Below, piece by piece: positions 1-9,319 of a stretch of DNA of 15,575 bases. The position numbers and the translations under genes are program-made. A model generated the notes under the pieces. The model was not told where the DNA came from. It ran no database searches and worked only from the letters and a program-made list of their open reading frames with translations. The DNA is from Neoechinorhynchus agilis (lineage: Eukaryota; Animalia; Acanthocephala): assembly GCA_051530055.1 (NCBI GenBank), contig JBMGUZ010000065.1:1-15575 (forward strand). The letters run 5' to 3'. The stretch's first letter is position 1; every line of letters begins with the position of its first letter.

Positions 1-1003
1 GCTGTGACCGACTCGCTGGTAGATATGTAATATTCTGACCCGCAATAATTTCCTTCTTTTTAGCTTTTTTACCTTTGATTGCTGGATTTAATCTTCAAGT
101 TTCATTAATCTCCAACAATACCTTTGCTTCCAAATAAATTAATTTTACTCGACGTACACGAGTGCATTAATCAAATGTGTTATTATTACCCGGAACATGC
201 TGTTCGATTTTTTAAATTCTATTCAGACTCTACAGCTTGGAAAATAGAAATGATTGCCGTCTAATTGTTTAAAATTTTATTCCAATTTCACAACCAATAA
301 CATAGAAACGATTGCGGTCCAAAAACGGCATATCACTCAAATGTGGCATTTGCCTCGACGTATTACTTCTTAATTTGTTTTTAACTGCTTAAATTGACTA
401 AGGACAATCGAAAAGAATAACACGCGGTTGTGAGATTAATCGAAAATCCACCAACTTGTATTTTAAGCATTCTTTGTCGAGTTACAGGACTTGACGTCTT
501 TGGACGATCAAATTGACCGAAGGGATTTTTGCTTCCGTTTGTAGGTATTTTTAGGTAAACTGACCAAAGGCTGAAATCGGATTCTTCAAAAAAAATTACG
601 AATGTAATTAAGGATGCTTTTCAAAGAATAGAAGCGCTTCATTAGTTCATAATTTGATATATCCATGTTACAAGAAGGGTCCTGGTCAAGGTAATTGCCA
701 ATTTGTCTTATTCAAGGGCATTGTGCTTTAAATACTTCTAGGATTTCACAAAGATTCGTCTTAGCGGGTCCGTGTTTGCCGTTGCGTCCAGCACAAGTAG
801 AGCGCATCGATCGGCCTTAGTTGATGTAATGATCAAAAACAATGAATACTCGATGAACACGCAGGTACAAAGGCTGCGGCACCGAATGAATAATCAATGG
901 GGGGCCACAGGCGGCATTACATCAGGTTTGCGATCATAACGGACCTTGGGCCGACGACGACGGCTGCTGCTGTGAATATAATTTTTGTTTCTGATTTGTA
1001 GCT

Positions 1004-1024
1004 GTTGTTGTTGTTGTTGTTGTT
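1004..1024. repeat. (GTT)7 microsatellite just upstream of the zinc-finger start codon
   Basis: Seven perfect GTT units at 1004-1024, 25 nt before the ATG at 1050. Confidence 0.95.
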
Positions 1025-1049
1025 GGTAGCGGTGAATACTTATAAAAAG

Positions 1050-2661
1050 ATGGAACTATCGGCGATTACTCCCAAGCAAATCCACGCTGAGTTGAATGCG
1101 TACTTGGGTAAGTGTCTAGTTCGCGTGACATTTGACTCGATCTTTTAGCCATATCTTCTAATGAGTACTCGGATAATCGTTTAACCAGGGAAACCTCCAT
1201 TAAACCGGAGTCCGCACTCTCAAGTGGACAAAAGATTCAATGTCGACTGTATGAGTGCCATTATTGTCCGTACAAATCCAAATATCGGGCCGATGTATGC
1301 AAGCATCAAAGCAGAAAGCATAAGGACCAACCTAGAGTTGTATCTATCACGAGTCGAATAATGTGAGTACACCTTAAGAAAGGTTTAAACTTGAACAGGG
1401 TTGCTATCGTAGGGACACAACGGGCGCTAAATCAGTTCTGCCAACGCCTGCGATGTCGTCCATGAAAGTGCGACTGCCGGGTCCAAGGAGCCAACGAGCG
1501 GGTCGAATGGAGTGCGATATCTGTTTCAAGTTCGGGACTTATTCAACTGACAAATTCTATATCCACATGGCGGCACACCATAACCTCAAACCGTTCAAAT
1601 GTTCATTTTGTGGCCAAAGAGCGAACTATAAGTCGGACGTCCAAAAGCACATTCGGAACAGGAAAAAATACGAGCCACACGAAGCGGTTGTAGAGGTCTT
1701 ACCGGAGGAGGAAGCGAAGGCCACAATCGATATGTACATCCTGGAGAGACATCGTCACTCAAGCCACCGACGAAAACGTCAACCGTTTTGTGCGGGCGCG
1801 CTAGATAGATCCGCCGAGCTATCGCACCCGCAAAAGTTTATAAAGATGGAAAACGAGTCAGGTCATAAGGACATGTTCCAATTGAACCATTTGGTGGCCC
1901 AGTCTAAAGTGCCGATCGATGTTCCACGCTTTTATATTGGCGAACCAAATCTTCCATCCTCAATGCCCTTGATCAATCCATTGAAGCAGTTCAAATGCGC
2001 TAAATGCTTCTATCGCGGAGAAAGTCAGGAGTCAATGCGCCAACACATCGCACAGATTCATCAGTCGGTGGGCGTATTGAACGAGTCTTATCATGATTTG
2101 GGAAACAATACAGCCATGAACACGTTAAAATTATACGAGAGCACTTTCGGGACCATTTTGAACACTGAATCACTGTGTGGATTTATTCTCTATGAAAACC
2201 TCTCTTTCGACCAACTCTTGCAGCACATCGCTGGCCGCCTTTTGGAAATGAGACAAAAGGTGAATGCACACTCAAAAGGAAAACAAATTGAACAAATGTT
2301 CCTCGATTATTTCCGGATCTACACTGCCTACTACCCTGAGAGGTATGAGGGAATAATGGAAATCAGTCGACAAGTCGATGTCTTCATTCATTCGAACAAA
2401 AAGAAGACGCTCTCGAAATCGCATCTTAAGAAATCCAATACCGTGAAGCTTCAAAAAGACAATATTATTTGCTCTTTTTGCAAAGTGCGCATAGATTGTG
2501 CACTCGAGAATCAAGTGGATCATCTGGGATTGCATTTGCAAGGCGGAGCTGTCCGGTGCACATCATGCAATTATACTACCACCTTCTACAAGCTTGCGAT
2601 TCTCCACAACAACCGTGCCCACAGGGGAACCGCCAAGATGCAGGTACTTGATCCGCTGTAA
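1050..2661 (+). CDS. C2H2 zinc-finger protein, ~506 aa; exons 1050-1107, 1149-1362, 1413-2661
   Basis: ATG in context aaagATGg. Intron 1108-1148 (GTAAGT..TTTTAG, 41 nt) and intron 1363-1412 (GTGAGT..CGTAG, 50 nt) join the exons into 1521 nt = 507 codons, in frame with the 402-aa ORF. Fingers: CHYC-x12-HQSRKH (exon 2, 1250-1321, absent from the ORF track), CDIC-x13-HMAAH, CSFC-x12-H (last His missing), CAKC-x12-HIAQIH, CSFC-x13-HLGLH, CTSC-x12-HNNRAH. The splice model is inferred by hand. Confidence 0.8.
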
Positions 2662-2689
2662 TTTATTCGTTTTCCGATCTCGATCTCTG

Positions 2690-3365
2690 CTATTGATGAT
2701 TTGTTTTGCATGTTTGTTTATTTATAAACTGTTTACTTGTTTGACACAAAATCTTGAGATTATAGAACACGAGTGCGCCCCTGATTTGTACCAGGATTTT
2801 CTTCCATTTGTCAAAAAAACCTTCCACGCCACAATAACAATTCATAAACTAACCACACTCTAAAATTATCAGATAAATCGGGTTTTTTTGTATAGAAAAG
2901 CCAATAACGAATAAAACTATACCAATCGGGTAATCCGTTTCTAGATGAAACAATGTTGCCACTTAATTATTTACCTATTTTTCCAAGAAACACGTTGATT
3001 AGATCGGCGACCAGTTTTTCTAGCAATCGGTAATCGTCAAAGTGGATAAAACACAACAAGTGCGTTTTTATGGCACAAAAATTTGATGGATAACGAAATC
3101 GCGGTAAGGGGCTATAGTCCATAGTTTGATGCAGCAAATTACGGTCGATGGGTCTTTTCACAACAGCTAAAGAACATTATTTGTAGAAATAATAAACGTT
3201 CCAGGAAATGCGGCGGCTTAATTAACGACCAAGTTAAGAGTATTTGAATTGCTTTTTACAGAAATGGCCGGGTATATGATGAAGTCGTTTTGTTCCACAA
3301 GAGTTTTATTATCAAAAACTACTCTTAAATGCCTTCACGTGAAAGCCAATTGCCGCCTACGACAT
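2690..3365 (-). CDS. Tentative six-exon gene, 165-aa hypothetical protein
   Basis: Manual model with exons 3365-3361, 3323-3260, 3216-3198, 3166-2975, 2940-2854, 2820-2690. The five GT..AG introns are 37, 43, 31, 34 and 33 nt, and the spliced ORF is 498 nt from ATG to TAG. AATAAA lies at 2667-2662 just downstream. No recognisable domain, the last acceptor (GGAAG) is weak, and the model was built by eye. Confidence 0.3.
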
Positions 3366-3442
3366 TTTACTAAATTAAGGATTCTTTATTTTACAATGAA
3401 GAATGCAGAGAAATCCTCGCGATTGACAGCCAGCAAATCGCT

Positions 3443-6184
3443 TCAGTTGTCGACGAATTTGTTTAACGGTGAGCATTGCTCTATTTTATTTCTTATCAAT
3501 TGGCTCGCATTCCCAACTTTTACGGAATTGACCCAATGGTAATAAAGGGACTGGAAAGCAAGGGATAACGAAATTAAAGTAAGATCCGATCCACCATTCG
3601 TAACAAGATGTCGAAATGAGATAATGTCAGGCATCCTTGACAAAAGCGATGGATACGAGTAACATCCATAATTGATTGGGTCTAAAGGTAAGCCGAATTT
3701 TCGTTCATAAATGTGCATTATTTCATCTAGACAAAGTTCACTCGTAGGTTTAGAATATCCGGGCGGATAATTGTTCAGTCTGATCATATCATATCGCTCA
3801 TAGAAAATTGATAATATTGCCTTGGCGAACATAAGACACTTTGTGCCAGAAATGCGAACTGTATCAATCGATTTGAATGATGAAATTTTTATTGAGACTA
3901 ATTCGTCACCCAGACAAGAAGCGATATCACATAATCTGACCTGGACATTGAACTGATTTTTAACTCTAGATTGGAATTCGTATATATCGAGTTCTATTTG
4001 ATCTTCGTAATTGAGTTGGGTATCTAATAGGTCAATTATAGTTGATAGAAGAATACAGCGAATTCGACGGGGGCATATTTCTACATAGCCGTTACCAAGA
4101 ACACTCACATACTCCTTCATGTGTATCAACATATCAGAAAAATCAATGAATCCATAGGCATTGATGTCAAGTGCGTCAATCTCTTCCGAAAACCACAAAT
4201 GCTTCAAATCTGAAATGTTGGTCGAGTTTCGGCCGCCTCTAGAAACTAATTTGACTAGTTTAGCTCCCAGTACCAGTTTAAGGCCAGTTTGACTTACTGT
4301 AACCTGCTGTTCCATAGTAGCGAGACATTCTGATAACTGAATCAAGGAACAGTCGACATAGTCTAAAAGTAGATCAAAGTCGTATTCAAGATCTGTAAAA
4401 TCTGCAAATCGTTTCCCTAGCCTGTTGGCTAATTCGTTTAGTAAGTCATAACATCGAATTTGAAGTCCACCTTTGTCAATCATAATATTCAAAATATCAT
4501 TGGTTAAGTTAAGGCATTGTTTAGATTTAACGAATCTAAAGATTGTAGAAGACACTGATGTTGTGACTATCTTAAATTCTTTGGATGATCGAAGACAATA
4601 CAACAAATCAAGTATTGAGGTAACGCCGAAATCATATGGATCAAAAGCCTTTCCGATTAACAGCGTCCAATAATCGAGTAAAGTTTCAAGATTTATTGAC
4701 TCTTTGTTTGTCGATCTGAATATCCTTCTTAGAGACAATTGAAACCTTTGCATTTGAACGGTATGAGGCAATGTAAGGTATTGATCATTAAATGATCCGA
4801 TGACTTGTAAATACGCGGGCAATGATTGAAATAGTTCACTGATTTTTCGACATCCATAGTCGGCTACTCGTAGTTGTCTATGAAATCGACGGTGATAGGC
4901 GTTCAAAAACGTACACGCTGGTATCACACAGTGAGTTTCGTTCTCTAATATCTTCAAAATCTCACGCTCTAGTGTTGTCTTGGATTGAATTATCGTACAT
5001 AATGGTTTATTGTTCGATTGTCGATTAGATACTTCATACAACGATACTCTTTTTATTATCTGGTAGTCCGGAGAAAGGGTAGAAAAACCGGATCCGCATT
5101 TTTCTCCACATTGGGGGGTGTTGGTAGAATCAGACATGATAGTAACGCCCTCCACACAGCTAATGTAATGTTCCAAGCAAATGCCAGAAGATGCGTTCGT
5201 GATCAGTGGTTTAAATAAAGCATTATAGCAAGACACAAATCGAGATAAATCCACCGATCCGCCGTGTTGTTCCAACAATCTCCGAACGTTTCCACTGAAC
5301 GTGCTCAAAGACGGAGATTCAACCTTAACGGTAGCTTCCATTGGTGAGTATACAGTAGCACTACGACAATTGTCACAGGTAACTCGCAATTGTAAGGGTT
5401 GCCAATCAGATGGCTCAATATTGCTGACTTTTGCATCCGAATCCGAACCCCAAGTGTCACGCAATCTTACCGATATACCTCTATTTGTTGAACTAATAAC
5501 GTCAACTACCCGTGGAATCTTAAGCAACTCAGTGCTCGTTATATTATAATCAGTGAAATGCTGACGGTAAATATTGTTCAAATCCGTAAGCGTCATCTGA
5601 TCATGACCAGAAAGTAAGAAAGAGATCCTATCTTTCAGAAGCTCAAGATCTATTACATTACTTTGACGGCCGTTACGCTCAACATTGCGTGCCAATATAT
5701 GGATTTGTAGACGACGATATCCCACTTTTTTGTTATGAAATCTGCTTATGATTTGCATTGCATCAGATTCGTGAGCAACCGTGATAAATCCATTGAGTGA
5801 CTTTGTTCGATAAGTGCGTTCATTACTGTTCATCGGGTTGGAATCACGTAGTTCGATCTTGATGATGCTGGCTATCTGTGAGAAGCATTTGTGAAAATAT
5901 AGACTCCACTCTTCTCGACTCATTTTATAGTCCAGATTGGAAACATGTAGAACAACTGGTTCATATCGGTAAACAGATCTTTCCGAATAATCCCTAGTTC
6001 CAATGAACTCCTTAGTAATCGCAGTTTGTCTATTACCAGGTTCTTTGCGACCGCTCTTGGTTACTTTGAGCCCTGAAGTTCGGGTCCGGTTGAACATAAA
6101 GGGCAAATGTAGTGATTTGTCTAGTTTCCATATTCGACCATCGTACCTTTTTATTAGTATCGACCGCCTAACAAAAATCCACAA
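3443..6184 (-). CDS. MARF1: MARF1/Limkain-b1-like RNA-binding protein (one RRM + about 8 LOTUS/OST-HTH domains); 5' end unresolved
   Basis: 913-codon ORF; first in-frame ATG at 6097 gives 884 aa, and acceptor-like TTTTTAG lies just upstream of the ORF. The RRM (~5956-5696; VLHVSNLDYKMSREE..FHNKKVGYRRLQI) resembles MARF1 RRM2 (VQVSNIDYRLSRKE..LHRYKIGSKKILV). LOTUS repeats match MARF1 in order: FSGNVRRLLEQHGGSVDLSRFVSCY..GICLEHYISCVEGV; CVIPACTFLNAYHRRFHRQLRVADYG; FDPYDFGVTSILDLL; YERKFGLPLDPINYG. Confidence 0.9.
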   Translation of the reverse strand: MWIFVRRSILIKRYDGRIWKLDKSLHLPFMFNRTRTSGLKVTKSGRKEPGNRQTAITKEFIGTRDYSERSVYRYEPVVLHVSNLDYKMSREEWSLYFHKCFSQIASIIKIELRDSNPMNSNERTYRTKSLNGFITVAHESDAMQIISRFHNKKVGYRRLQIHILARNVERNGRQSNVIDLELLKDRISFLLSGHDQMTLTDLNNIYRQHFTDYNITSTELLKIPRVVDVISSTNRGISVRLRDTWGSDSDAKVSNIEPSDWQPLQLRVTCDNCRSATVYSPMEATVKVESPSLSTFSGNVRRLLEQHGGSVDLSRFVSCYNALFKPLITNASSGICLEHYISCVEGVTIMSDSTNTPQCGEKCGSGFSTLSPDYQIIKRVSLYEVSNRQSNNKPLCTIIQSKTTLEREILKILENETHCVIPACTFLNAYHRRFHRQLRVADYGCRKISELFQSLPAYLQVIGSFNDQYLTLPHTVQMQRFQLSLRRIFRSTNKESINLETLLDYWTLLIGKAFDPYDFGVTSILDLLYCLRSSKEFKIVTTSVSSTIFRFVKSKQCLNLTNDILNIMIDKGGLQIRCYDLLNELANRLGKRFADFTDLEYDFDLLLDYVDCSLIQLSECLATMEQQVTVSQTGLKLVLGAKLVKLVSRGGRNSTNISDLKHLWFSEEIDALDINAYGFIDFSDMLIHMKEYVSVLGNGYVEICPRRIRCILLSTIIDLLDTQLNYEDQIELDIYEFQSRVKNQFNVQVRLCDIASCLGDELVSIKISSFKSIDTVRISGTKCLMFAKAILSIFYERYDMIRLNNYPPGYSKPTSELCLDEIMHIYERKFGLPLDPINYGCYSYPSLLSRMPDIISFRHLVTNGGSDLTLISLSLAFQSLYYHWVNSVKVGNASQLIRNKIEQCSPLNKFVDN

Positions 6185-7109
6185 ACCCTAAAAACTAAAA
6201 GAGAATTTATTCAGCATATCGGGTATAAGTCAAGTATAAGTCAGTGCGATGGACAATGAGTATAAATTAGGAATGTGAGTAAGATGTCCAACGATTGCAC
6301 CGTTGCAGGCAAAGATCCTTCAGGAACCCAGCCCAGGATTTTGGTAGCAAATCAATGTGCCTGAAGAACTCTTGAATGAAGAGTGGCTTGTGTTCGGGAG
6401 GGCGACCTCTTGAGAAAAACACTAGGCTGGAAATGGCCCACGACTTCCAGATCGAACTCATTAGTCTACAAAATAGCCGCGGTTATTGATCACGCTGCTG
6501 TGCGGGTTTCGAAACATAATACGAATACCCCCCCCCAGCAAACTCTGACCACTCTTCTGTCCTCCCGTCTGGGATAAACGTAATTATAATATCTTTAATT
6601 TTATCAAATTGTTCAAATCTATGATTCACACCCTTCACTCTAACACCATTCGGATACGGGATCAGTTTCGGATAACCGAAAACACAATGTGATGTATACC
6701 GTTTTTAAGCAAGACTAAAGATATCAAAGTTCCTAATATGCGGCTTGAAGATGTCTTAAAGGTAAAATTAAGGATTAATTACACAATTTTAGCTTTATTG
6801 GGTAACATAACCATTTATTTGTCTTTCTACCATTGAATCCCATTATTTTTGCGCTACTAGATCTCCAATCGTCGGAAAGTTTTGAATTTCCAAAAATATA
6901 GAGCTGTGCAACAGATATTCTACATTATCCTTTCCTAAGACAATGCAATATTTCATGTTTTACCGAGAAACTCGACGGTCGGATAATCGACTTTCCACTG
7001 CATCTAGAAAAATGCTATTTATAAGAGTTATTCGTTGTTAGTATCAGCTCGATTGCGATTGCATTTTTCCTTTATGTCGCAACAGTGCGTTACTCGATTC
7101 AAGCGTCTC

Positions 7110-7260
7110 AGGCTACTTCACAGCATACGTGGATCCTCTGATTTTGATCGACTTGGCATTTTGATTGGAGATATCAACATAAATAGTGCTGGATCGAGCA
7201 CATTGAACTCTTACGATAACACTGACGCGTGGCTATCAAGCTTAAGCATTCCAAACCAAG
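7110..7260 (+). mobile_element. Probable fragment of an APE-type endonuclease from a non-LTR retrotransposon
   Basis: ILIGDININ at 7158-7184 resembles the hhxGDFNhN motif of LINE APE endonucleases. It is followed by WLSSLSIPNQV, weakly like the LxSxxLxNxV segment. Only one strong motif. Confidence 0.4.
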
Positions 7261-8167
7261 TGGAATACGAATGCAAAATCCGGCATAATAACGATGGTGG
7301 TTGTCAGAATGAAAACTACGATAACCTAAAACCGTATCTCAAACATTTGTGAGCATTCAATGGACACACCGTTGTTTTTCGTTTTTGTTTTCAGTTTAAA
7401 AAACGTTTTTGATGTGTTTGAAGAGCCATTTATTGATTAGCTTTTAAGCTTGGTACCTATGCTCCATCCCTTTTAAGACTCATTGAAGATGAACAAAACA
7501 TAAATAATAATGAAAAATACTTACACAAGTATCAGTGGATCCTTCAAGTATTTTTTACTTTAAATCAGACCATTGTCATGCTTACACGATCCTTGGATTT
7601 CATTTCCTCCCCAAAATCTTCATACTTTAAACGAGAATTGTATTTACGCAAACAAAATTGGATTTCAAGTGAGTATAAATATTGTTTTTAATAGGATCAA
7701 GCCCCTTGGGGTGCCCTAAATAATGAAAATTTTATTTCAGATATCAACAAGTTTATTGAATCTGTTGATGTTTAACGTGGCATCGTCTTAAGGTTTCAGC
7801 TCATGCTTACATGAACGCTGTGGCGAATGATGGAAACGTAGACGACATTGGGAAATCAGTGAGGTCAATATCCTATGACTTATATTAGACATTATGGATT
7901 TCCTGACTGATTACATTTACCTCCAATCCATCGTGAGTGGATAAGTTTTATTTTCAATGAGCCCTATAATTAATTTTTCTTCTTTTTATTTAATGTTCGT
8001 GCTTTAACATTTATTATCATTTTTCCATGTCAATGTCTCAACTCCTTTTTCGTGTAGATAAAAAATTCGAACCAGCGAGTAGGCAGGTAAATGCAGAGGT
8101 GGTGATAAGGTTAGAAAATATACGGTTTTCCAATTTCACCTAAACTTGGGTTTTTGCTTTCATAGTA

Positions 8168-8385
8168 ATATCGACGTCTTCTTAGCGATATTCACTAAGA
8201 AATAGATTTATATTGAAAATTTTCGGCCTTTTCGTTGGCCTTCTTCAGTCAGATTGCTTGTAAGTTTTCGAGTAACTCGAATATTTAAAAACTTACAAGA
8301 AATCTGACTGAAGAAGGCCAACGAAAAGGCCGATAGAAATTGAAACAATAATGATTAATTTCTTTACCTAAGGAAACGTCGATAT
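8168..8385. repeat. Nested inverted repeat (fold-back / MITE-like)
   Basis: Inner arms 8223-8268 and 8288-8333: 46 bp, one mismatch (8256/8300), 19-nt loop. Outer arms 8168-8185 and 8368-8385: 16/18 complementary. No target-site duplication seen, so the MITE label is inference. Confidence 0.9.
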
Positions 8386-9319
8386 CAACTGTCAAAATGA
8401 ATCATTATTAAATCTCATAAAAAAACGCTACTTAGATCGCAGCGAGTCTAAATCGGAGAGATCTAGAAAATAGATGCAATTCATTAATGGTAGCGACTAA
8501 CAATTGGCTAACTTTTAAAGCAAGATTAAAACCGGCGCTTAAATCAATGCAATACTGCCAATTCGGGATCTATAAGTTTCGGAATAAGATTTTGTGATAG
8601 TTGTGAAGTGAGGAGTTTGTACCTCTTCTTAAGGAAGTGGGGAGGCTACGGGTGGTAGACAAGGCTCAAGAATTGCTTGAATAATGGGAGCGAATCCGAT
8701 GAGGTGAAAAGATCAGCGAAAAATCCTACGATGGAATTTGCCAACTTTAAAAATATAATAGGGAGAAAATGATGCAGTCTGACGGGAAAAGAACTATTTT
8801 TTGAACATACAAAACAAACCAATTCTATTGCATATAAAAGACATGGAAACTCAGGAGTTTTAAGCAATGAAGAAAGCGGAACCAATGAGCATTAAAGTAT
8901 TGAATGAAGCAAGAGCGCCCGATGAAAGATACAAAGGAGAGTCCCTTAGTAAAATGGTTCAATCTCAAATATCGCCGGAAAAAATACGAGTGTCATTATA
9001 AACCATTACGATTGTGAACAAATAAGCGATCTTCAACAACGCAGACGAAAAAACAGGAGACAACTCTTCGAGCGACACGGGCCCTTCAACCCAACCGGAT
9101 ATTCTCAATCGAACGGGCGCATCCTCACCCGAACGAATCGTTCCCGAGTGGATAGTTCCTACCCGGATAGACATCCTTCCGACCAGATATTACCTCCCGA
9201 ACGGACATCCCTCGACTGCATATTCCCAGTGAGGACACATAATGATGCTCCGAACAATAGGTCTTTTGCAACAGGATTTAGGTCCTCTCCAGTCAGGCGG
9301 TCGACTAACCGAGAAAGTG

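Noticed and set aside
1-930. Splice-like signals and open stretches (a 62-codon plus frame after the acceptor at 741; a ~80-codon minus frame near 630-385)
   Set aside because: I could not assemble a consistent exon chain or recognise any protein motif.
1041-1047. TATAAAA as a TATA box
   Set aside because: It ends 2 nt before the ATG, too close to serve that start codon.
4473-6191. Short plus-strand ORFs opposite the MARF1-like gene
   Set aside because: Antisense shadows of a long coding region; no motifs.
6223-6243. Direct repeat GTATAAGTCA x2 upstream of the MARF1-like ORF
   Set aside because: Too short to separate a regulatory motif from a slippage duplication.
6738-6938. Plus-strand mini-gene (introns 6762-6792 and 6802-6860, 9-nt microexon)
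   Set aside because: Gives only ~36 aa with no motif; plausible by chance in AT-rich DNA.
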